Below, piece after piece: positions 16,269-24,121 of a stretch of 64,000 bases of DNA. The notes beneath the pieces were generated by a model. The model was not told the origin of the DNA and did not search any database. It saw only the letters and a list, made by a program, of their open reading frames with translations. Each line of letters starts with the position of its first letter. Position 1 is the first letter of the stretch. Source of the DNA: Rhizomicrobium sp. Its GTDB lineage: Bacteria; Pseudomonadota; Alphaproteobacteria; Micropepsales; Micropepsaceae. The position numbers were made by a program, and so were the translations under genes. The stretch is from the NCBI GenBank assembly GCA_035524575.1, contig DATKON010000132.1, positions 4,643 through 68,642 on the forward strand, given 5' to 3'.

Positions 16269-17881
16269 GGGGTGGTCGTGGGCGCTTTCGTCAGTGGGCA
16301 GAAGGCATAAGGCCCGGCGAGATTGGTGACAATATCCCGGCATCTGGCCGGAACGATGGCAAGCCCGTAATCCTGCAGCGCGTCCTTGTTGCGCGCCGCT
16401 TCGAAGCTGTTGAAGACCACATAGAGATCGCCCCGGAACGCGGCAACGCGCTTCTTGGTGTCGGCGGTCAGGCGCGATCCGTCCTTTGGCGCGATCATCC
16501 AGCCGTCGATGCGCACGACCGGAATCTCCGGCGGGAAGGACGGCGCGAGAAAGCCCATCGGCGTCTCGCCGGTCATCAGGATCATCGTCTTCTGGGGATG
16601 CGCGATCGGCGGGATCGTGACCTGGATGTACGGATCGCCGACCGGCGCGCGCTGGGAGAGATCGACATGGGTGAAGACAAGAACACCCAGAAGTGCGACG
16701 CCGATGAGCGAGCCGCGGGTGCGCAGGGAGAGCGGCCACAAATCGATGGCGACGACGATGATCAGGGGCGCCATGATCTCGAGCAGAAGGATGTAGCGGT
16801 AGATGCCGAAGATCTTGAGCCAGGCGACGTAGCTGATGGCGACGAAGGCGATCAGGGCCCAGGTCGCGTCGCTTTTGACGATGTGCGGTTCCTTTCGGCG
16901 CACGAACAGCGCCATCACCAGCGATGCGATCACCAGCACATAGGCGACACCGACGCGGATGTCGTGGAACGGCAGGTCGTCGGCGACGCCCCAGTCGATC
17001 GAGAAGAGCAGCGGGAAGAGCAGCTCGGTCTTCAGATGCGTCGGAATGAACCGGACGTCGCGATAGGAGGCGGTCAGCGCCAGCGGCGAGTGGAAGAACT
17101 GGTTGAAGTACGGAAACAGCGGATTGCCCGTCAGATGGGCCATCTTCACGAACCAGTAGCCCGCGAAGATCGCCACGCCGATGGCGCCGCCGAGGCCGCC
17201 GCCCAGAAGCCGCGTGGCGCGATGCTTCGCGTCGCCGGGCAGCGTGGCCAACGCTGCCGCGAAGCCGAGCGCGAACGGCGCTTCGGGCAGTTTCAGTCCC
17301 ACGGCGCTGCCGACGAGGACGCCTCCGCCGAACGCAATCAGCGCGCCCGTCCATAACGGGCCGACGCGCAGGCGCTCGCGCTGCACGATGACGAGCGCCA
17401 GTCCCGACAGCACGAACACGCTCATCACGTTGTCGTAGTAGGTCGTGCCGGCGAGATAGAGCGTCAGGCTCCCGGTCATGCACAGCGCCGACAGCACAAG
17501 GCTCGCCAGCACGTTTTCGATCTCGAAGATCGAGCGCATGATCAGATAGAGCGGCACGATATTGGCGCCCTGCACGGCCCCGAGGATGCCGAGCGCGATC
17601 CAGGAATGGGTGTGCGTCGCGAGCCAGTAGAACGGGATGTCGAGGAAGGGATTGTAGAACGTCGCCTGGTGCGCCACGGCGACATCGATCGCCATGCGCC
17701 CGTGCAGGAACGCATAAGGGATGTACCAGTGATAATTCCGGAAATCCCAGGCGCGGTCCTCGCCGCGGCAGACCACGAAAATCGCCCAGCCCAGAACGAC
17801 GCTCGCGAGATACGCCCATTCCGCGGCGCGAAGCGTCGCGGCGCGGTCGAAAGGCCGGGCGGGGGCGGACAGTGCGGACAC
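16265..17881 (-). CDS. Polytopic membrane protein, probable GT-C-type glycosyltransferase (start uncertain: GTG 17881, TTG 17953 or ATG 18004)
   Basis: It has more than 10 hydrophobic segments. The N-terminal loop reads DFRNYHWYIPYAFLHGR..DVAVAHQATFYNPFLDIPFYW. It is translationally coupled to GT2 and GtrA. The track's extension to 18544 overlaps qor and was rejected. Confidence 0.6.
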   Translation of the reverse strand: MSALSAPARPFDRAATLRAAEWAYLASVVLGWAIFVVCRGEDRAWDFRNYHWYIPYAFLHGRMAIDVAVAHQATFYNPFLDIPFYWLATHTHSWIALGILGAVQGANIVPLYLIMRSIFEIENVLASLVLSALCMTGSLTLYLAGTTYYDNVMSVFVLSGLALVIVQRERLRVGPLWTGALIAFGGGVLVGSAVGLKLPEAPFALGFAAALATLPGDAKHRATRLLGGGLGGAIGVAIFAGYWFVKMAHLTGNPLFPYFNQFFHSPLALTASYRDVRFIPTHLKTELLFPLLFSIDWGVADDLPFHDIRVGVAYVLVIASLVMALFVRRKEPHIVKSDATWALIAFVAISYVAWLKIFGIYRYILLLEIMAPLIIVVAIDLWPLSLRTRGSLIGVALLGVLVFTHVDLSQRAPVGDPYIQVTIPPIAHPQKTMILMTGETPMGFLAPSFPPEIPVVRIDGWMIAPKDGSRLTADTKKRVAAFRGDLYVVFNSFEAARNKDALQDYGLAIVPARCRDIVTNLAGPYAFCPLTKAPTTTP

Positions 17882-17983
17882 GGGAGCGGTGGAACCTAAC
17901 CTTAAGGCGCGAAAGATGCGCGGGCTTGTCGGGCGGCGAATTACGCTGTTCAACAGGACACGGCAAGGCTCACCCAATTCCGC

Positions 17984-18967
17984 ATGAAATCCTATCGCGC
18001 CCATCGTCTTGGCGGTCCCCAGGCCCTGAAGCTGGAGGAGACCGAAGAGCCTCGGCCGGGCCCCGGCGAGGTCCTGATCGCGGTGGAGGCGATGGGCCTT
18101 CAGCTCGCCGATCTGGCGACGCTGGCCGGCGAAAGGCCGCCGCGGCCGAAACTGCCGTTCACCCCGGGTCTCGAAGTCGCAGGCCGCATTGCGGCGCGCG
18201 GCACGGACGTCAAAGGCCTCAAGACCGGCAGCTCCGTCGTGGCCAGCGTGCCGTGGGGCGGCCTCGCTGAGCGGGTGGTGGCGCGTGCGGAGGCCTGTGT
18301 CGCCATCCCCAAGTCTTTCGCCATGGCCGATGCGGCAGCGCTGCCGTTTGCCTTCGCGGGCGCGCTGATGGCGCTGGAGACCAGGGCAGGCCTTCGCGAG
18401 GGGCAGAGCCTGCTGGTCCTCGGTGCGGGCGGCGGCCTCGGGATTGCGGCCGTGGCGATCGGCAAGGCGCTTGGCGCGACGGTCATCGCGGTCGCCAATG
18501 GCGCCAACAGGCTTGCGCCTGCCAAAGAGCTGGGCGCCGACCATGTGCTCGATGCCGGCCTTGTCGCGGTCGCCTCGGCAGCCAGGGACCTGACCGGCGG
18601 CGACGGCGTTGACGTCGTTTACGATCCCGTGGGCGGCGAGGCGTCATCGCATGCGCTGCCGATCCTGAAGCCGGGCGGGCATTTCCTGATCGCCGGTTTC
18701 GCCGCCGGCCGGCCGCAAGCCTTGGACATAATCCCGCTCTATGCGCGCGGCGGCACGCTGATCGGCGCCAACATGGTTCTGGAAGCCCAGCGCGATCCCG
18801 CCGCGGCCGGCGCAGCGCTCGCGCGCGTCGTCAAATGGGTGGAGGAAGGCAAGTTCGCGCCGCGCGTCGCCGCGCAGTTCGACTTCCAGGATATCGGCCC
18901 CGCCTTCGACTATGTCGCCGGCCGCCGCGGCTCGGGCGCGGTGATTGTCAAAGTCGGCGCGGCGTGA
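17984..18967 (+). CDS. NADPH:quinone oxidoreductase / zinc-type alcohol dehydrogenase superfamily protein
   Basis: 327 aa with an MDR-family pattern (PGPGEVLIAVEAMGLQLAD, LVLGAGGGLGIAAVAIGKALGA). Confidence 0.85.
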   Translation: MKSYRAHRLGGPQALKLEETEEPRPGPGEVLIAVEAMGLQLADLATLAGERPPRPKLPFTPGLEVAGRIAARGTDVKGLKTGSSVVASVPWGGLAERVVARAEACVAIPKSFAMADAAALPFAFAGALMALETRAGLREGQSLLVLGAGGGLGIAAVAIGKALGATVIAVANGANRLAPAKELGADHVLDAGLVAVASAARDLTGGDGVDVVYDPVGGEASSHALPILKPGGHFLIAGFAAGRPQALDIIPLYARGGTLIGANMVLEAQRDPAAAGAALARVVKWVEEGKFAPRVAAQFDFQDIGPAFDYVAGRRGSGAVIVKVGAA

Positions 18968-19518
18968 GCGCGGCTGTTCCGGCGCTGACGACGGCGCGGC
19001 TCACCTTGCGCCCGCTCGCGCTTTCCGATGCTGCGCAGATCCAGAAGACGTTCCCGCAATGGGAGATCGTGAAGTATCTGACGACCGCCGTTCCCTGGCC
19101 TTACCCCGAGGACGGCGCGCTCACCTTCATCCGCGACATGGCGCTCCCGGCCGTTGCGAGAGGCGAAGCCTGGCACTGGACGATCCGGCGGAACGAAGAG
19201 CCCGAGCGCCTCATCGGTCTCATCAGCCTCATGGACAAGCCGCGCGACAATCGCGGCTTCTGGCTCGATCCGGCATTCCAGAAGCAGGGCTTCATGGCCG
19301 AAGCGAGCGATGCGGTGACGGATTACTGGTTCGATGTACTCGGCAAGACGGTGATGCACATCCCGAAAGCCGCCGAGAATCTCGCCTCGCGGCGCATCTC
19401 CGAAAGAAGCGGCATGCGCGTCGTCGACCTGATCGAGCGCGACTATGTCTGCGGCCGCCTTCCTGCGGAAGTGTGGGAGATCACGCGCGAGGAATGGCAC
19501 GCGCGCAGGCGCAATTAG
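18964..19518 (+). CDS. GNAT-family N-acetyltransferase (RimJ/RimL-like)
   Basis: The GTG at 18964 is in frame with track ORF 18835..19518 and overlaps the qor stop. Motifs: LTTARLTLRPL, GFWLDPAFQKQGFMAEA, N.ASRRISERSGM. Confidence 0.8.
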   Translation: MSAAVPALTTARLTLRPLALSDAAQIQKTFPQWEIVKYLTTAVPWPYPEDGALTFIRDMALPAVARGEAWHWTIRRNEEPERLIGLISLMDKPRDNRGFWLDPAFQKQGFMAEASDAVTDYWFDVLGKTVMHIPKAAENLASRRISERSGMRVVDLIERDYVCGRLPAEVWEITREEWHARRRN

Positions 19519-19546
19519 ATCGCGCCGGGCATGCCAAGAAACTTGC

Positions 19547-19600
19547 CATTCGTCATCGCCCGGCGCGCGAAACGGCGCGATCCGGGCGGCCATTTTTTTT
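19547..19600. repeat. Half-copy of the cgtcatcg-type REP element
   Basis: cattcgtcatcgcccggcgcgcgaaacggcgcgatccgggcggccatttttttt aligns with 41898-41950 (ccgtcatcgtccggtcgcgcggaaccgcgcgatccgcgcgacccatttttt). Confidence 0.45.
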
Positions 19601-19932
19601 CCAACGGGACGCGGTGGTCATCGCAATGTCCATCGCATGTCGTCATTTTTGTTCGCATCTTGCGGGCGGCCACATCCGAAAATGAGAACATGCGCTCCTG
19701 CGATATCAGAGGCTTGCAGCCCGAAATGCGAAAATCGCGGGTGTGCTGCATAAGTCTCTCTTCACGGACGCACAGATGCGGCGCAGACTCCCGGCATCGC
19801 TCTTTGACATCGTGAATTTCAAAAGCCTTGCGCGGACGCTTCGAGTGCCGCGCCGGTGACGCCTTCGCGGACGCGCGAAGGGCGTTGCTGTTCGTCGCGG
19901 CCGGGCGGCCGGATCCACGGCCGCGAAGATTC

Positions 19933-20112
19933 ACCACAGAGGCAGTGAGGCACTGAGAGAGCGAGGGCGTCCCAAAGAGCCCGTCCCGCTTTCCAGGCCC
20001 GCGCGCGTTCCTCCTGTGCCACCTCGGCGGAACGCGCGCAAGACGTCTTCTGAAAGTGGCGCATGATCCTGGCGACAGGCTCAGTATCTCAGTGCCTCAC
20101 TGCCTCTGTGGT
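19933..20112. repeat. 180-bp element bounded by a perfect 26-bp inverted repeat (MITE-like or long hairpin)
   Basis: Positions 19933-19958 are the exact reverse complement of 20087-20112 (tctcagtgcctcactgcctctgtggt). The 128-bp spacer holds a nested 11-bp inverted repeat, gcgcgcgttcc-N17-ggaacgcgcgc. Confidence 0.7.
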
Positions 20113-20312
20113 TCAACGTTCTTTGCCGCCATCTGCGCCATCCCTGAAAGGACGTACACGGATGATTTCCACCCTGCGCACCCCTGCTTTTCGACTTGGG
20201 TTCCGCGCGCGATGCGCGGGAAAGCCCTGCGGAACGGGCTTTTCCTGCAATCCGCTCGGCATGGAGAAATTTTTTGACCCTGATTTTTCCCCTGATAGCA
20301 GGGTGGACGGGC

Positions 20313-21383
20313 TCAGGCTCCGATGGGCAGGTTCGACAGGAACTGCGCCGTGCAGGTGCGCCAGGAGCGCGTCAGCGCGAACTGGCGGCAGGCGTCGCGG
20401 CTGATCTTTGCGGCCTTGAGGCAGGCGCGGCCGAGATCGTCGTCGAGCGCGGCGACGTTGGTGTCGCCGATGACATCGCGCGGACCCTGCACGGGAAATG
20501 CCGCGACGGGCACGCCGCAGGCCAAGGCTTCCAGCATCACGAGGCCGAACGTGTCGGTCTTGGACGGAAACACGAACACGTCGCTTGCCGCATAGTGGCG
20601 CACGAGCTCTTCGCCGACTTTGGGTCCCAGGAATCGCGCGGTCGGATAGCGGCGCTGGAGCTGCGTGCGCGCCGGTCCGTCGCCGATGACGACTTTCGTG
20701 CCCGGCAGATCGAGACCCAGAAAGGCTTCGATGTTCTTCTCGATCGCCACACGGCCGACATAAAGCCAGATGGGATGCGGGAACGGCAGGCTGGCTTCGG
20801 GAATGGGACGGAAGCGTTCGACATCGACGCCGCGCGACCAGATGCGCACGTTGCGGAAGCCGTGGCTTTCCAGTTCCTGCTTCAGAGACGGCGTCGCCAC
20901 CATCAGCGTGCGCGCCGGCCCGTGGAACCAGCGCAGGAAACTGTAGACGGCGCTTTCGGGTATGAAGGGAAAGCGCGCATGCACATAGTCGGGGAAGCGC
21001 GTGTGGAACGACGTCGTGAACGGAATACTCCGCTTCAGGCAGATGGCGCGCGCGCTCAGCCCCAGCGGACCTTCGGTCGCGATGTGAATTGCATCGGGCG
21101 TGAAGCTGTCGATCATCTTCTCGAGGCTGCGGCGCGGGAAGACGGCGAGGCGGATTTCGGAATAGGTCGGAAGCGGCAGCGTGAAGCGCCCTTCGGGAGT
21201 CGCGTAGCGCACCTCATGGCCGAGCGCTTCGAGATCCTTGCCCAGCGTTTCGAGCGTGCGCACGACGCCGTTGACCTGCGGCGCCCAGGCATCGGTCACG
21301 ATCAACAGCTTCAACGAGCGCTCGCTCGCAGGCGCATCGGCCACATGACCCGCGGTCGCCAGCGACGAGCCGGCGCCGTTCAT
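20313..21383 (-). CDS. Family-4 (GT-B fold, group 1) glycosyltransferase, candidate glycolipid synthase (Agt-like)
   Basis: The start was moved to MNGAGSS. Motifs: LKLLIVTDAWAPQVNGVVRTL and the C-terminal FVFPSKTDTFGLVMLEALACGVPV (an EX7E-type motif). Confidence 0.8.
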   Translation of the reverse strand: MNGAGSSLATAGHVADAPASERSLKLLIVTDAWAPQVNGVVRTLETLGKDLEALGHEVRYATPEGRFTLPLPTYSEIRLAVFPRRSLEKMIDSFTPDAIHIATEGPLGLSARAICLKRSIPFTTSFHTRFPDYVHARFPFIPESAVYSFLRWFHGPARTLMVATPSLKQELESHGFRNVRIWSRGVDVERFRPIPEASLPFPHPIWLYVGRVAIEKNIEAFLGLDLPGTKVVIGDGPARTQLQRRYPTARFLGPKVGEELVRHYAASDVFVFPSKTDTFGLVMLEALACGVPVAAFPVQGPRDVIGDTNVAALDDDLGRACLKAAKISRDACRQFALTRSWRTCTAQFLSNLPIGA

Positions 21384-21393
21384 GTTGCCGTTC

Positions 21394-22338
21394 TCAGGCG
21401 GGAAGCGCGTCCGCGAGCTGGTCTGCGGTCTGTCCGGCCGGAACGGTAAGGGGGCGTAGGCCCGCGTCTGCCCAGCGGAGAATCTCCAGATGTCCCCGGG
21501 CATCTTCGACAAGAGCGGTGCAGCTTTCAACCCAGTCCCCGTCGTTATGATAGACGATGCCGGAGATGGTCTTGATCGTTGCGTGATGAATATGGCCGCA
21601 CACGACGCCGTCGAAGCCCCGCGCGCTAACGTCGTTGGCGACAGCCTCTTCAAAGCGGCAGATATATTCCAGCGCATTCTTCACCTTCTGCTTCAGATAG
21701 GCGGAAAGCGACCAATAGTTGAGGCCGAGCGTGCGGCGGGCGACGTGACACCATTCGTTCAGCTGGAGCGCCAGCGTGTAGGCCCAGTCGCCGAGATGGG
21801 CGAGCCATTTCGCATAGGCGATGACGGCGTCGAACTGGTCGCCGTGGATGACGAGCAGCTGCTTGCCGTCGGCGGTTTCGTGCACCGCCTCGCGAACGAT
21901 CTCGATGCCGGCGATTTCGCGTCCGCTATAGGTGCGGAAGATCTCGTCGTGATTGCCGGGCACATAGACGACGCGGGTGCCCGAATCGACCTTGCGCAGG
22001 ATGGCCTGCACGACGCGGCTGTGCGCCTCGGGCCAGAACCAGCGATATTTCAATCGCCAGCCGTCGACGATGTCGCCGACGAGGTAGAGCGTCTGGCACT
22101 GGTTGCGGTTCAGGAAATCGGCCAGCGCCTCGGCCTTGCAGCCGCGCGTGCCGAGATGGATGTCGGAAATGAAAATCGTGCGGTGATGGCGCGTCGCCCG
22201 CTGCGGCTCGCGGGGGACCGGGCCGCGGCGCCTGGACCGCTCTCTGAGGTTCACCAATTCGGGAAAGGCACGCTTCGGCAAAGAGGACCACGCGAACTCG
22301 GCCATTGGCAGCTCCCGCTGGCGCCGCCCGGTTCCCAT
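21394..22338 (-). CDS. LpxH-like calcineurin-fold metallophosphoesterase, candidate PlcP-type phospholipase C (start 22338 or 22305)
   Basis: Metallophosphoesterase motifs are present: FISDIHLG, LVGDIVDG, VPGNHDE, VIHGDQFD, VCGHIHH. It lies 10 bp upstream of the GT4 gene on the same strand. Confidence 0.75.
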   Translation of the reverse strand: MGTGRRQRELPMAEFAWSSLPKRAFPELVNLRERSRRRGPVPREPQRATRHHRTIFISDIHLGTRGCKAEALADFLNRNQCQTLYLVGDIVDGWRLKYRWFWPEAHSRVVQAILRKVDSGTRVVYVPGNHDEIFRTYSGREIAGIEIVREAVHETADGKQLLVIHGDQFDAVIAYAKWLAHLGDWAYTLALQLNEWCHVARRTLGLNYWSLSAYLKQKVKNALEYICRFEEAVANDVSARGFDGVVCGHIHHATIKTISGIVYHNDGDWVESCTALVEDARGHLEILRWADAGLRPLTVPAGQTADQLADALPA

Positions 22339-22579
22339 GGGCGCGAATCAGTGCGGCGTTGCATCCACACCTGCCTGCCCGTGAAACTTAAAGGTCTTGT
22401 TGCAACGCCGTAATTCTTTCGTGAATCCGAGTCACGTGGTGAATCTGCGCCCGTTTTGATCGCAATGCGCACGGTTTGTTGCTGCGCCGCACAAAAAAGC
22501 GGCACGACTGCATGACTGTTATGCGACGGAATTTCCTAGGATTTCAGCGCTTTTTTCCGGGTCGGGAACCTTTTTTCTG

Positions 22580-22608
22580 TTGCGCTGCAACGAAGACCCT
22601 GCGATATT
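22580..22608 (+). promoter_or_regulatory. Candidate sigma-70-type promoter, TTGCGC-N17-GATATT
   Basis: The -35 element is at 22580-22585, followed by a 17-nt spacer and the -10 element at 22603-22608. There is no protein gene downstream before the terminator at 22671-22702. Confidence 0.35.
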
Positions 22609-22613
22609 CTTGG

Positions 22614-22702
22614 TGTGCGGCATCGCCTTGCGATGTCGCTGCCCTTCCTGGGCGTTTCCTCCCTGAACTTGGCCGCTCCTTCGGGAGCGGCCTTTTTATT
22701 TT
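22614..22702 (+). ncRNA. Candidate ~90-nt trans-acting sRNA (5' hairpin, CU-rich single-stranded stretch, intrinsic terminator)
   Basis: A 9-bp hairpin pairs 22617-22625 with 22631-22639. It is followed by ugcccuuccugggcguuuccucccugaacuu and then the terminator. No plausible ORF is present. This is prediction only. Confidence 0.35.
22671..22702 (+). terminator. Rho-independent terminator oriented for plus-strand transcription
   Basis: ggccgctcc-ttcg-ggagcggcc is followed by tttttatttt. The minus-strand reading has no U-tract after the hairpin. Confidence 0.65.
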
Positions 22703-22712
22703 CCGAAGCGGG

Positions 22713-23618
22713 TTATTCGGCGGCGTGCCTGAGGCCGCGCGGGACGAGGATCGCGGGGTCGAGCGCCAGCAGCATGCGAAGGCTGGCCGCGAGGCGGCCG
22801 GCGAAATTCGTGAAGGATGGCGCCGGCGTGATCGCATCCTCGTCCATGTAGAGCGCGCGATTGATCTCGATCTGGAGCGCGTGACAGCCGCGGCCGGGCC
22901 GCCCGTGCAACTGCGTCGTGTATCCGCCTGCATAAGGCACGTTGCGCGCCACGCTGAATCCCTGCGCCGCGAACGCCTCTTCCGCCGCGCGGGTCAGGAC
23001 CGGCGACGCCGAGACGCCGTAGCGATCGCCGAGCACGATATCGGGCACCGCGGCCGCCGATGGCATGGAATGGCAGTCGACGACGACGGCCGTTGCATAG
23101 AGGGCCTTGGTTTCGTGGGCGAGTTGCGCGAGCGCATCGTGATAGGGCCGGTAAAACACGGCCAGCCTGTCGCTCGCTTCTTCCGCAGAAAGCTTCTGGC
23201 GATAGATTTCCGCGCCTTCGCGCACGATGCGCGGAATGACGCCGAGACCGGCGCTGACTCTCGGGCTCGCCTGGTCGACCGCGAAGGGCAAAGGGCCTTC
23301 AAACATCGCCGCATCGAACTCGGCCGGTGCGCGGTTGACGTCGAGATAGGCGCGCGGGAAGGACGCCGCGATCAGCGGTGCGCCCATCTCGGCCACCGGC
23401 AGGAAAAGTTCCTCGATGAAGGCGTCTTCCGAGCGGCGCAGCGTGTTGAAGGACAGCCGGCTTTGCGCAACGAAGCTCTTGGGATAGGCGCGGCCCGAAT
23501 GGGGCGACGCGAAGACGAAGGGCGTCTTGAGCGCGGAGGGCCGGTGGAGACGAAATGGTGCGCGGCGCAATGCCGCCAGGACATCGTCCATGCCGTCCTC
23601 GTTCCTTTCGCGCCCCAT
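22713..23618 (-). CDS. N-formylglutamate amidohydrolase (FGase/HutG-like) family protein
   Basis: 301 aa. Motifs: FVFASPHSGR.YP, RSEDAFIEELF, YLDVNRAP, VVVDCHSMPS. Confidence 0.8.
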   Translation of the reverse strand: MGRERNEDGMDDVLAALRRAPFRLHRPSALKTPFVFASPHSGRAYPKSFVAQSRLSFNTLRRSEDAFIEELFLPVAEMGAPLIAASFPRAYLDVNRAPAEFDAAMFEGPLPFAVDQASPRVSAGLGVIPRIVREGAEIYRQKLSAEEASDRLAVFYRPYHDALAQLAHETKALYATAVVVDCHSMPSAAAVPDIVLGDRYGVSASPVLTRAAEEAFAAQGFSVARNVPYAGGYTTQLHGRPGRGCHALQIEINRALYMDEDAITPAPSFTNFAGRLAASLRMLLALDPAILVPRGLRHAAE

Positions 23619-23758
23619 TGCACCTCATCCGGATCGGATTCGCGGAACCGAGTGGATCACCAAGCGGCGCCTGCGATCAAGCTTTGGCTTGCGCCTTAAC
23701 GGCATTTACGGCCTTCGTGATATAGGGTTTAGTTCTCCGGCTGGGAGCGTGGTGGACA

Positions 23759-24121
23759 ATGGCGCAAATACTTCTGGCGGAAGACGACGAGTCATTGCGG
23801 CGTTTCCTCGCAATGGCGTTGGCCAAGGCTGGTCACGAGGTCACCGATTTCGGTGACGGGCGGGAAGCCTTCGAATGCCTGAAAGGTTTCCGCTTCGATC
23901 TGCTTTTGACGGATATCGTCATGCCGGGCATGGACGGCATCGAGCTCGCCAAGCGGGCCGCCGAAATGGATCAGGCGCTCAAGATCATGTTCATCACGGG
24001 ATTCGCCGCTGTCGCGCTGCATCCGTCCTCGAACGCGCCCAAACAGGCCAAGGTTCTTTCGAAGCCTTTCCACCTGCGCGAGATCGTCCAGGAAGTCGAA
24101 CGGATGATGGCGGCGGCTTAG
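23759..24121 (+). CDS. cpdR: Single-domain response regulator CpdR (ClpXP adaptor/localisation factor of the CtrA pathway)
   Basis: 120 aa. ILLAEDDESLRRFL, LLLTDIVMPGMDGIELA, IMFITGFAAVAL and KVLSKPFHLREIVQEVE closely resemble the Caulobacter/Brucella CpdR sequences as I remember them. Confidence 0.8.
   Translation: MAQILLAEDDESLRRFLAMALAKAGHEVTDFGDGREAFECLKGFRFDLLLTDIVMPGMDGIELAKRAAEMDQALKIMFITGFAAVALHPSSNAPKQAKVLSKPFHLREIVQEVERMMAAA

Noticed and set aside
15324-17966. 880-aa ORF suggesting one giant glycosyltransferase
   Set aside because: Only the last 315 aa look like a GT2. The upstream 565 aa are Arg/Pro/Asp-rich and overlap, out of frame, the hydrophobic GT-C gene, whose stop overlaps an ATG at 16268.
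17882-18544. N-terminal extension of the GT-C ORF up to 18544
   Set aside because: The extension overlaps the divergent, well-supported qor gene (17984..18967) and is Arg/Gly-rich. Hydrophobic membrane-protein character begins only after about 17880.
22395-22450. Possible Pho box upstream of the LpxH-like/GT4 pair (two GATTCAC repeats and a TTTCAC)
   Set aside because: The repeats are 18 bp apart rather than in the 11-bp phasing of PhoB boxes, and they match CTGTCAT poorly. That is insufficient to call.
22615-22851. 78-aa ORF across the sRNA candidate and terminator
   Set aside because: It reads straight through an intrinsic terminator and into the antisense of the amidohydrolase gene, and it has no RBS. 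The region is better explained as non-coding.
23696-23710. CtrA-box-like TTAA-cggcat-TTAC upstream of cpdR
   Set aside because: The spacing is 6 nt rather than 7 and the second half-site is imperfect. It was not called.
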